A stretch of DNA of 64,000 bases from Scenedesmus sp. PABB004 (lineage: Eukaryota): contig JABVCE010000003.1 in the NCBI GenBank assembly GCA_014905635.1, positions 620,001 to 684,000 of the forward strand. The letters are read 5' to 3'. Both the position numbers and the translations under genes were made by a program. The notes beneath the pieces are model-generated. The model ran no database searches. It worked only from the letters and a program-made list of their open reading frames with translations, and was not told the DNA's origin. Numbering within the stretch: the first letter of the stretch is position 1; each line of letters opens with the position of its first letter. Positions 50,207 to 62,123 of this stretch are shown here, piece after piece.

Positions 50207-51568
50207 GGCGCTCCAGCGCGCGGGGCCGGGGCAACGGCGGCATGGCAGGCCCTCCACCGGCGCGGTGCCGCGGCCGCACGCGGAGGGGGCGCCGAGTTGC
50301 GCCTGGGCGCTTTAGGGCGCGGCTCGTGGCGGCGGGCCGGCAGCTGCGGCGCCCGGGCGGCCGTTGTTGGCCGAGGGGGCAAGCTTGCCCCAGCTGGCGC
50401 GCGCTGGCGAGCGCCGAGCCAAGCTGGCCGCCTGGCTGTGGGGCGCCACCCCGGCCGCCTGGCTGAGGCACGAGAGCCGCGCGCTCCCTCCAACCCTGTG
50501 TTGGACGCGCGGCGGAGGCCGCCGCGCGTCTCTTCTTTGCGCCCGCGATGAGCGGCGCGCTGTGTGCTGTGGCTGGCGGCTCGGGCGTGCGTCGGCAGGC
50601 GAGGGGTATCGGCGGCGTGCGTCGGCTGGCGCGCAGCGGGCCAGGGACTCTGTGTGGGCATCTGGAGCAGCAGCAGCAGTGCGTGCCGTGTGTCGTGGGC
50701 GGCACTGCACCCTTTGGCAGACAATCAAGCGGGCGCCGGGCGGGCGGGTGCCGCGCCCGCGCCGCATCCGGCGCGGGCCGCGCCCCGGGCCGCCCCTGCT
50801 CAGGCCGCAGCCGGCCGGCTGCTGCTCATTGCGTGCGCTGACCGCCCATCTCTCTCTGGCCCTGGCCGCCCGACATAGCTCGGCGCGCGCGCGTGTGCGC
50901 GCCGACCCCTCCGGTCGGCGCTGCTCGCTGCGTTGACCGCCGGGCAGGCAGGGGCTGCATGTGCGGCGTGCGTGGGGGGCTTGCGGGCGATTCAGCGCCG
51001 GCAGATTTCGTTGCGCGGCGGGCTTCCCAGCGCCCGTGAGACCGCATGTAACACCAGCTCGCTGAGGGATCGGGACCGCCCTGCTGCCGCTGCCTGCCGG
51101 CGCTGCGCCGCGATCGCTGCCCGGCTGGCGCGCGGGGGGAGGGCGAGGGCCAGCAACCGAGGGTTACAGGCACTCAAAGGCGGCCCTTCCATCGACGCGC
51201 CGCGCGCGCAGGCCCCGCTGGGGCCAGACGCGCGCGCCGCGCCGCGCGGCCGACGCCGCGCATGCAGTTGCGGGCGCAAGTCAGCTCGCCTTTATGCTGT
51301 AGAACCACGACCAGGGGTTCAAGCCCCGCCAAGCGGCGCTGAACTCCCGCCAGCAGCTGCTGCCACCACGGGGCGCCCCGCCCGCGCCGCCGCGCCGCGC
51401 GCCGACGCGCGCCGCGCGGCGGCCCCGCGCGGGGGCGCCCGCAATCGGTCCGCCCGCACCCGCCCGCGCGGCGCCTCGGCCGCCGCCCGCCCACGCCGCG
51501 CGGGCGCCGCCCGGCGGCGCCGCCGCCGGGCGGCGCGCGCGGCGCGGGGCGCGGCGCGCGTGCGCGCT

Positions 51569-53752
51569 TCACTTGTGGGTGACGGTCACGACCTTGCCGA
51601 GCATGACCGCGGTGTTGCCGTCGAGGAAGGCGATGCGGGAGAGGCCCTCGCAGGCCTTGAACGAGTCGACGACGAGGGGCTGCACAGGCTCAAAGGTCAC
51701 CTGCGCCATCTCGTTGGCCTTGAGCGCGTGGGGCGCCTCCAGCTTCTTGCCGCCCGTCTCCTTGCCGACCTTCCAGTCGATCTTGGTCATGCGGCAGGCG
51801 GAGCGGCCGCAGCGCACAAAGCCAATCGGGGAGTAGCCGGCCTTGACCTCGCCGGGGATGTCCAGGGTCTGGATCTGCGCGGCCGCAGGGACGGGGCGCG
51901 GGCGCGGGGAGGCGGTCAGCGCACGCCGCGCGGCGGCGCGCGGCGGGGCGCGCTGGCGCTGCGCTGCCCGGCGCGCGGCCGCGCCAGCGAGCAGGCGGGC
52001 GCGCGCGGCTGGCGCGGGCGGCGCTGCCGGCGGCGGCGGCGCTGCGCGGCGTGCGCGCGCCGCACCTGGGCGGTGAAGTCCTTGCAGGGCTTGAGCGTCT
52101 GGTCGCTCTTGAGGATCATCACGTCGCCGGTGCGGGGCATGTTGCCCTTGTCGAGGCCCTTGATGTTCATGCCCACGTTGTCGCCGGGGCCGGCCTTGTC
52201 CACGCGCTTGTGGTGCATCTCCACGGTGAACACCTTGCCGACGCAGGGGTTGGCGGTGGTGTGGGTGGGCAGGAAGATGACCTCATCGCCGGGCTTGACC
52301 GAGCCCTGCTCCACGCGGCCGGCGAGCACGTCGCCCACGCCCTTGATCTTGTACGCGCCCGAGATGGGCACGCGCATCGGCGCGTCGGTCTTGCGCTCGG
52401 GCACGACGACCATGTCGTTCAGCGCCTGCGCGCGGCGCGGGGCGGTGGCGCGGCGGGGGCGCGTGAGCACGGGGGCGCGCGCGGGCTGCGCCGGCGCGCG
52501 GGCGGCGCAGCAGCAGGCGGCGCGGCAGCAGCCGGCGGGGCTGGCCGCGCAGGCCGCCGAGCGCGGCTGACGCGCAGACCACAGCTGCCGCCAGCGCGGC
52601 GCCCCGCCCCGCCCCGCCGCGCTGCGCGCCGCGCTGCGCTGCGCGTGTCGCCCCGCCGCGCGCGCGCGCGGCGCGGCGGCGCACTCACGTCGAGCAGGGT
52701 GGTGACCTTGATGGTGCGGTTGTCGAGCGTGCCGACGTCCTGGCCGGCCCACCAGGTCATCTTCTCGCTCTTCTTGATGAGGTTGTCGCCCATCCAGCCC
52801 GAGATGGGCAGGATCGGGACGTTCTTCTCCACAAAGTCCGGCTTCCAGCCCACGCGCGCGAGCATGTGGCGCATCTCGTCGCGGATCTCCACGTAGCGCT
52901 CCTCCCTGCGCGCGGGCGCAGAGGCGGGCGGGCGGGCGGGCGCGGGTGAGCGCGGCGCGGCGGCGCGCTGGGCGGCGCGTGGGCGCGCGGCGCTGCGGCT
53001 GCCGCGCGCGGCGGGCTGGCGCCGCGCAGCGCGCCGCCGCGCCGCCGCGCCGCCGCCGCCGGCCGGCCCCGCGCCGCCAGCCGGCAGCCCCGCGCGCGCG
53101 CGCGCTCACTTGTAGCCGGCCACGTCGCTGTCCATCTTGTTCACGCCGACGATGAGCTGCTTGACGCCGAGCAGGTTGATGAGGCGCGCGTGCTGGCGGG
53201 TCTGGCCCTGGATCTCGGCCGCCTTGTGGTCGCCCTTCTGGATGGCGGTGGTGAAGTTGCCGTCGGCGGGCACCATGAGCAGGCACACGTCGGCCTGGGC
53301 GGCGCCGGAGATCATGTTCTTGATGAAGTCCCTGTGCCCGGGCGCGTCGATGATGGTGTAGTGCCACTTGTCGGTGAAGAACTCCTTGGTCGTGCACGAG
53401 ATGGTCACGCCGCGCTCGCGCTCCTCCTTCTGGCGGTCCATGTAGAAGGCAAAGGCGAAGGACTGCTTGCCGAGGGCGGCGGCCTCCTCCTTGAGCTTCT
53501 CCAGCTCGCGCTCGGGGATACCGCCGAGCTCGAACAGCAGGCGGCCGGTGGTGGTGGACTTGCCGGAGTCGACATGCCCTGCGCGCGTCAGCGAGCGCGG
53601 CGGGGCGCGGGCGGCGTGAGGCGCGGCGCCGCGGCGCGGGGGCCGCCGCGCATGGCGCGCGCCCGGCCCCGCCCCCAGGCGCGCGACGAGGCTCGCCGGG
53701 GCGCGGTCTTACCGCAAATGACGATGGACAGATGCTGCTTGCCCTCGGCCAT
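51569..53752 (-). CDS. EFL: Elongation factor-like protein (EFL; eEF1A paralog)
   Basis: [84 protein letters not shown] are EFL-type signatures. 5'UTR intron ~53758-54090. TGTAA at 51164-51168 (minus). Confidence 0.96.
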
Positions 53753-54424
53753 CTTGCCTGCGCGCGAGGTGCGGCGGCGCGGCAGGGCGGCGCGTGTGAT
53801 GGCGCCGAGGATCAGCGCCGCGCCGCCCGCGCCCCGCGCCGCGCCGCAGCCCGCCCCGCCGCCCGGTTGCGGCCCCGGCGCGCCATCGCCGACCGCCAGG
53901 GGCGGCGCCGGCGCCCCCGCGTGGCCGCGCCGGCGGGTGGGAGGCGCGGCTGTTGCGGCCGCGCCGGCGCTCGCGCGCCCGCGCTCGATCAGGCGCGCCG
54001 CCGGCCTCCGGGGCGAGGCGGGAGCCCGCCCCGGCGGTCACCCATGCCCGCGCAATCCCCCCGCGCCCGGGCGGCGCGGCGGGGGCGCACCTGGATGTGG
54101 TGCTGCGGCCCCGGCGGGTACAGCGGCTGCTTGCTGCTAAACGCTGGTGGCGGACACCAGGCGCGACTCGCAGGAGCAAAGGGGCGGGCGGGCGGGCGGC
54201 GCGCCGCCTAGCGCGAGGCGAGTCTTAAACCGCGATAAAGTGGGCGTGCTCCCCGGCCTCGCTACCGCCGTGGGAGCGCCGGCCGGTGGTCTCAACACCG
54301 GCGGCTGGGGGGATGGGGGCTGCCGGGGCGCCCCGGGGGGCGCCCCGGCGCCGCGGGCGCGCGGCGCGCGTGCGCGGCGCTGCCACCGCCGCGCGCGCGC
54401 CGCGGCGCCGCCCCCAACACCGAC

Positions 54425-54660
54425 CATGGGCAGCCTATCAACGCCGGCCGCCTGAAACAGGCCACAGCGGCGTGAGGCATGACGGCTTTGGGACCGGCCC
54501 GTCGGTCGGTGCCCCGCGAGGGGCCCCGCCGCACCCGGAACGGGTGACAAGGCGAGAAACGCACGCGCACACGCCTGACCTAACCTGGCAACACAACACA
54601 ACAGCAAGAGGCCTTTTAACGTCCTGCCCAGGACGGAGAGCGCAGCGCACCGCACACGCC
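54425..54660 (-). ncRNA. Candidate Fanzor omegaRNA scaffold
   Basis: Immediately 3' of the Fanzor stop, with a cluster of stems: 54620-54635, 54532-54546, 54511-54524, 54481-54503 and nested 54441-54473. Inferred from position and structure only. Confidence 0.45.
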
Positions 54661-54662
54661 GC

Positions 54663-56475
54663 TCACGCCGGGGGGTCCACCGCGGCGGCGGCCGCCTGCC
54701 GGAACGCGCCGGCGAGGCGCGCGCCGCCCGCCGTGCCGCGGCTGCCGCGCAGCAACTCGTGCAGCGTGAGCGCGCAGATGTTGCGCGCCGCGTTGTCGTC
54801 GCGCGGCGCGACGACCGTGCACCCGGGGCACTGCACCAGACCATAGATGCCCCGCAGCTTCTCCACGCGCGCCCCGCAGACAGAGCAGGTGACGCTCGTG
54901 CGGTGCTCGTCCATGAGCACCGCGGCGACGCGCCGGCGCGCGTAGTAGGTGCGCAGCAGCGCCAGCAGCGCCTGCCGCGGCGGCCCCGGCCCCGAGATGC
55001 AGCCCCCCATGCCCAGGCTGGCGTCCCCGATGCCCAGCACCACCGCGGGCAGGTCGGCGGGCAGGCGCGCGTGCTGCCGGACGCGCCCGCGCACAAAGAC
55101 CCGGCCGTATGCAGTCAACTGAATCGCCGCATGCAGCGCGCGCTGCTTCAGCCCGTGCTTCCGCAGCCGCCACGCACACTCTGCACGGCACGCAAGCAAG
55201 CTATATGCGAATGCATTGTCCAACACATGATGCACCCGGCCGTTGCGCCACGCCCCGGCGGCGGCGACGCTCGTGCCCGAGTAGGCAGGCACGCGGTTCA
55301 GGCAGGCATGCACGCAGTCGCCGCCGCCGGGCGGGCGGCGGTCGTACCGCCCCGGCCGCCCCGGCCGCCCCTGCTGCCACAGGCAATGCCGCTCGATCCC
55401 GCGCGAGTCGCGGTGCGCGGCGGTCTTTATTCGGATGATGCGCTCCGCCTCGTAGCGGCGGCCGTGGTCGCCGCGGTGGCGCGGCGCGTTGGGGCAGCGC
55501 CGCTGCGCGATGCGGCGGTGCGCGACGCGCGTGCAGCCCGGGCCCTGCCGCCAAGTCGCGGCGCATATCATGCGCGCCCGGCCCGGGTCGATTCCAACTA
55601 TGCGCACGCCCGCGTGCACGGCCGCGGCCGCGCCGCGCAGCGCGTGCCCCGGCGGCAGGCCCTCCACGCCGCGCAGCTCGCACGGGTCGAGCGGCAGCGC
55701 GTCGAGCGCCGCCTCGTCGGCCACGCCGTGCGGCGCCAGCGCGTCGCAGAGCAGCCGCCGCGCTGCCTCCACGCCCGCGCGGTGCTCTGCCGCGCGCTGC
55801 GCCGCCTTGGCGGCGCGCGACTGCTGGCCGCGGCGCGGGGCGGGGTCGGCGGCGCCCTCAACGCGCACGCGCACGTGCAGCGCCGCCAGATCAAACGTCA
55901 CAGAGCCCGCGAAGCGCGTGTTGGCGTGCAGCACGCCGCGCGCGCGCCCGGGGCGCCGGCCAAAATCAAAATATGCATCCCAAACGGGATCGTAGCCCCC
56001 GCCCTCTTGGGTCGGCGGTGGCGGCGGCGGCGGCGGCGGCGGCTGGCCTGCCGGCTGGCCCCCCGCGGGCGCCCTGGCCTGGCGCGCGCGCAGCGCTGCG
56101 TCCAGCGCCTGCATGCCCGAGGTGGACAGGTGCAGGTGCTGGGTGCCGTACTTGGGCACCGGCGCCAGCGTGAAGGCGCGCCGCTTGGGCAGCGCCACGC
56201 GCGCGGCGTGCCGCGAGCGCAGGCCGCGCAGCACCTTGCACGCGCCCGTGACCGCGACGAACGCGTCGGGGTGCTGCCCCGCGCCGCCGGCGCGCTGCGG
56301 CGGCTGCGCGCCGCCGCTGCGGCCGCCGGGCGGCGCCGGCGCCGCGCCGGCGGCGGTCGCCGCAGCCAGCACCGCCTCGAGCGTCGCGCACACCGCGTGG
56401 CGCCAGCCGGCCGAGACATCGCGACGCAGCGCCGCGACAGCCGCCGCCGCCTCCTCGGGCGTGCGCGGCGCGCGC

Positions 56476-56520
<45 letters not shown>

Positions 56521-59500
56521 GCCGGCGGCGCCGGCGCAGCGCGACCCTGCGCGGCCGCTGCGGCGGCCAGGTGGCCGCGCGCGGCCGCCAGTCGGGCGCC
56601 GCAGTCGCCCAGCAGCCGCGCGCCCTGGTCGCGCGCGGCGCGCGCGGCGTCCGCCGCGCGGCGGGCCGCGTCCGCGTCGGGCGCCACCGCCGCGCCGTGC
56701 GGTCGCGCGAGGGCCCGCTGGTGCTGCACGAGCGCCGCGTCGCGCTCGTGGTGCTGCGCCATGGCAGCCTGCCACTCCGCCTCCACGGCTGCGAGGTCGG
56801 CCCCCACCGTCGCGTCGCCGGCGGCGGTCAGCGCGGCCAGCGCCAGCCGCAGCCGCTCCGCGGCCGCGGCCGGCAGCGCCGCGCCCGGCCCCTGGCCCGG
56901 CGCCGCGCCCGGCGCGGCGCCTTGCCCCCGGGCGCGGAGCAGCCGCGCCTCCTCTACGGCCAGCCGGCGCCGGAGCGCCGCCGCGTGCGCGTCCTTGCGC
57001 TGCAGGCGGCGCAGCCGGTTGCGGGCGTGGCGATCAGGGACCGTAGCGCCGGCGACCTCCCGCTGCAGGCCCTTGAGGGGTTCCTTGCGCAGACGCACGG
57101 CCGCCTCGCTGGCATCCACGGCGGCGCGCAGGCGCTGCACCGCCGCCTCGAGCTTGCCCAGCTCGCGCGCCCGCTGCAGCTCGCGCAGGCGCGGCTCCTG
57201 GGCGCTGGCGTCCAGCAGCTTGGGGGGCGCCGGCGGACGCTGGCCGCGGCTGCGGCTGCTGCTGCTGCTGCCGCTGCCGCTGCCCCCGCTGCTGCCGTCC
57301 AGCGCCTCTGCCAGCGACTCGACGGCCGCCGCGAGCGCGCCGGCCGACGCCGGCTCCGGGGCCGCCCCGAGCGACGCGGCGCGGCGCAGCATCGCCTCCA
57401 GCGCCGGCCGCGCCGCCGCGCCCTGCTGGGCTGCCAGCGAGTCCGCGAGCCGCGGCGCGCAGGCAGCAAACATGTGCTGCTGGCCGAGCATGACGACAAA
57501 GTCGCGCGCGACGCGGCGCGCCATGGCGTCGGCATCGCCCTCCCGGTACGCCAGGCCCTCGAGCTGCCGGGCCAGCGCCGCGCGCCAGGCGTCGTAGGCC
57601 GCGTCGTGCTGCTGCCGCGCCGCCGCGCCCGCGCCGTGCGCCAGCGGCTCCGGCGGCTGCGGCACGAGCGGCGCGCCCCCTGCCTGCGCGCCCGCGTCCG
57701 GCGCGCGCGGCATGCCGCTCCGCGCCCAGTCGAGCACGCGGCCGTGCTTGCCGGCGGCCTCGTCCGACTCCCAGCGCTGCAGGCTGGGCGTCGCCTGCGC
57801 CCCTGCCGCCTGGCGCGTGCGCGCCGCGCCGGCCGCGGGCGCGCGCGCCTCGCCGTCCGCCGCCGCCGGGTAGGGCTGCTCCAGGTGCAGGCGCATCTGC
57901 GCGAGCATGTCGCGCATCATCGCCATGGCCAGCCGCAGCCGGCCGGCGTCCTGGCCGTCGCCCGCCGCCGCGGGCACCACGCCCTCGCCCGGCTGCAGCA
58001 CGCCCTGGCGCTCCCAGAGCAGCGGCGACGCGCTGTACAGCAGCGCCGCGCCGCCGGCGATGAGGCAGTCGCGCGCGGCGCGGCTGGGCGTGCCGGCGCA
58101 GCCCGCGGCAAACCACGCCTGCAGGGCGGCGGCGTCGAGCGCCTTCTCCAGGCGCTGGCCGTCAGCGAGGTGGAGCTGCATGTTGGTGTTGTACAGCTCC
58201 GCGAGAGGGTTGAGCAGGTGGTGGTGCAGGGTTCCGGTCACCCAGGCCGGCAGGGGCACGCGCTGCAGCTCGTTGACGCCGCAGGCCTGCTCCAGCGCGT
58301 GGCGCAGGTCGCTGGACAGGCCGGTGCCGTGTCGCCGCCAGTTGCCCTGGCTAAAAAAGTTCATCAGGTCGTACACGAGCGGCGCGCCGCCGCACGCGGC
58401 CTGCAGGTAGCAGGCGCACGCGGGCGGCGGCGGCGCCGGCTGCTGGGCTGGCGGCGCTGCGGGCGGGGGCTGCTGCTGCTGCGGGCCCTGCTCCTGCGCC
58501 GCCGGCTGCGGCGGCGGCTGGCGCGTGTCCAGCCCGTACAGCCGGCTGCGCAGCGGGCGGGCGGGCGGGCGGGCGGCGCGACTCGGCGGGCGGCGCGGAG
58601 GAGGGGGCGCAAAGCGCGCGGGCGCGCCCCACCCGCGCGCGCGCGCACCTCGCCCCATACACGAGCGCCACGTGGTGCGCGTCGCGGCCGAGGATGCCCA
58701 GCCGGCTGTAGGCGCACACGAGCGCCTCGAGGTAGGGGACCACCTCTGGCTTGCGCACGGCGCCGCGCAGCGCGCAGACGCGCACGCCTGAGGCGGGCGG
58801 GCGGGCGGGCGGGCGAGGGCAGGTGAGGGGGGCGCGGGCAGGGCGCGGGGCGGCGGCGGCGCTGGGTGCCGAGAGAGCGGCCCGGCGGCCCGGCAGCGCG
58901 CCGCGCGGCGGGCACACTCACGCATGCCAGAGCCGGCCGCTGCCTTTTTGGCCTGCTCGGTCCGTTTCTTGCTGCGCTTGGTGAAGTGGCGCGGCAGCGC
59001 CTGCTGCTGCTGCCGCCCTGCCTTGTCGCCCGCCTCGGCCGCCGCTGCACCGCGCGCGGGCGAGGCACGCCCCGACGCCTCGTCGGCGCCGCGTGAGCGC
59101 TTGCGGCGGCCGCGCGGCGCCGCCGCCGCGCCGCCGCGCGAGCGCGCGCGGCCGCCGCCGCGCGAGGGCGTGCGGCCGCCGCGCGTCGCGGCCTTGGCGC
59201 TGCCGCGCGAGCGCGCGCGGCCGCGGCCGCGGCTGCGGCGCTGCGCCGCGTCGGCGCCGCGCGCGCGCTTCGCCGCCGGGCCGCCCTCCTCCTCATCGCT
59301 GCTGGCCGCGGCGCTGCCGGCGGACCAGCCGACGCTGGCGGCGGGCGCCGAGAGCACCGCCGCCATCGCCGCCGCGCGGGCGGCCTCGCCGCGGGCCTGC
59401 GCGTGGCGGCGCAGCGCCTCCCAGTCGGCGCCGCTCACGGGCTGCGCCGCGCGCTCGGCGGGGTCGATGCCGCGCGCGGGCGGGGGGCCCGGGGTGCCCC

Positions 59501-61086
59501 CGCCGCTGCGCGCGCCGCTCGTGCCGCCGCCGGTGCTGCTGCCGGCGCTGCCGCCGGCGCTGTCGCTGCGCGCGCGGCTCGTGCCGCCGCCGCTGACGCT
59601 GCCACTGCGCGCGCCGCTCTGGCCGCTCTGGCCGCCGCCGCTGGCGCCGCCGCCGCGGCGCGCGTGCTTGGCGTCGTAGCTCGCGCGCTGCTTGGAGCGC
59701 CGCACGTCCTCGTCGGACGGCCCGGCCGCCTCGGCGCGCGCCTTGGACGCGTCGAGCTCCGCGCGGCGCTCCACCGGCTTCTCCCACGCCGCGTCGATGG
59801 CGGCGGCGGTCGCGGCGCGGCGGCGGCGGCGGCTGCTGCTGCTGCTGTCGCTGTTGCTGGTGCCCAGCGGCGCCGCGGCGCCGTTGCCCTTGCCGCGGCG
59901 CTCCTTGCGCCCGAGCTGCTGCGGCTGCAGCGGCTGCAGCGGCTGCAGCGGCTGCAGCGGCTGCCGCGGCTGGCCCGCCGCCGGGCCGCCCTCCTCGTCG
60001 CTGCTGTCCGTGGCGAGCTCCGCGGCGCGCGGCGCCGCCTCCTGCAGCCGCTGCTGCGCCGGCGCGCCGCGCGGCGGCTCGCGCACCTGCTGCAGCTCCG
60101 CCGGCGCGCCGCGCGGCGGCGGCCTGCGTGCCGGCACCACCGCCGCCCAGTGGTTGAGCGGCAGCGGGTTTTGCGCCCCGAGCACGGGCGCAAACTCCGG
60201 CGCCGCGGCGGCCGGCAGCGCGAGCGCCACGAGCCGGTTGCCCTCGCTCGCCTGGAACGCGTCGCCCTGCTCCTGCAGGGCGATGAGGAGCGTGTCAGGG
60301 CTGTAGACGTCGGTCAGGAAGACCAAGTCTGCCAGGCGCATGCACAGCGCCCGCAGCTCAGCCTCGCTGGGGTAGCCCCCGGCCTCCAGGTCTCGCGCCA
60401 GCTCCTCCACGGCGTCCGCGCCGGCCACGCCGAGCACATCGCGCCAGGGCACGCCGCTCGGGTGCAGCTGGTCGCTCAGGCCCAGCTCGCGGATGAGCTC
60501 CACCGTCCGCGACCGCAGCTCGCCCGCCTGCTCGTCCAACATGTCCAGCACGTCGGGTTCGAAACTGCGCAGGTCGTGGGTCGGCTCCTGCAGCTCCGCC
60601 GCCTCCAGCATGCGCAGCACGGCAATCGCAATGAGGGAGAACCCGCACAGGCCGTTGGCGCGGCCGTGCACGAGCGCGTACCCCTTGTCCTCCAGCTCGC
60701 GCTTCAGCAGCGCGAGCTGCGCGCCGGTGCACGTGCCCGCCGGCGCCATGAGCTTCGGCGGCGCCCGCGCTGGCGCGCCGCGCGGCGCGGCCGCCGGCGG
60801 CTGCCGCTGCAGCGGCGGCGGCACGGGCGGCGGCGGCGCCGGCGCCGGCGCGCCGCGCGGCGCGGCTGCCGGCGGCTGCCGCTGCTGCGGCGCCACGGGC
60901 GGCGGCGGCGCCGGCGCCGGCACCGGCGCGTCGTCCGGCCGCGGCGCCGGGCTGCCGCCGCGCCAGCCGCTCCCGCTGACGCTGCCGCTGCCGCTCCCGC
61001 TGCTGCTGCTGGGCCCGGGGCTGCCCCTGCCGCCACCGCCGAGCGCGGCTGCGCGGCCAGGGCCCGGCCCGCGCGCGGCGGGCAGC

Positions 61087-61120
<34 letters not shown>

Positions 61121-61708
61121 GGGGCGGCGCTCGCGCGCCACGGTGCGCCACTCGGCCGCCGCGTCGCTGGGCTGCCGCCCCTGCTGCGGCGGCGGCTGCG
61201 GCGGCTGCGGCGGGCTGCGGCTGCGGCTGCGCCCGCCGCACGGGGCAGGCGCGGCCGCCGGCGGCTGCCGCTGCAGCGGCGGCGGCACGGGCGGCGGCGG
61301 CGCCGGCGCCGGCGCGCCGCGCGGCGCGGCTGCCGGCGGCTGCCGCTGCTGCGGCGCCACGGGCGGCGGCGGCGCCGGCGCCGGCACCGGCGCGTCGTCC
61401 GGCCGCGGCGCCGGGCTGCCGCCGCGCCAGCCGCTCCCGCTGACGCTGCCGCTGCCGCTCCCGCTGCTGCTGCTGGGCCCGGGGCTGCCCCTGCCGCCAC
61501 CGCCGAGCGCGGCTGCGCGGCCAGGGCCCGGCCCGCGCGCGGCGGGCAGCGCGCCGCCGCCGCCGCCGCCGCCGCCGCCGGGGGGGCGGCGCGCGCGCGC
61601 CACGGTGCGCCACGGCGGCGACGCGTCGCTGGGTTGCTGCCCCTGCTGCGGCGGCGGCTGCGGCGGGCTGCGGCTGCGGCTGCGCCCGCCGAACGGGGCG
61701 GGCACGCC

Positions 61709-61744
<36 letters not shown>

Positions 61745-62090
61745 AGGGTCGCCAAGCGTAAACACCGCCGCCTGCTCATCGGGCGTGAACCCGATGTCCC
61801 AAAACCCCGGCGGGGTCTCGGGAGGCGCGTGCTTGGCGCGGTGCCGCGACGCGGCCTGCAGCGCGGCCGGGGCCAGCGCGTGCGTGCACGGGAGCAGCAT
61901 CATGGTGCCCGGCGCCGGCGCGCCCCAGGTGGAGAGGGCGCCGTAGAAGTCGCGGCACTGAGCGCAGTCGTGCCCCGGCAGGTCCTGGCGCGCCGGCCCG
62001 CGCACCACCTCCTGGTACGCGAAGCCGCCGGCAGCGGGCGGCTGCCGCGGCGCCGACGCGCCCGCGCGCTGCTGCTGGTGCTGGTGCTGG

Positions 62091-62123
<33 letters not shown>

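Noticed and set aside
54663..56200. Bacterial TnpB/Cas12 contamination
   Set aside because: The gene has spliceosomal introns and eukaryotic domains and is embedded between algal nuclear genes
54759..58826. 1355-aa plus-strand ORF antisense to the Fanzor
   Set aside because: No recognisable motifs; a shadow ORF of GC-rich coding sequence
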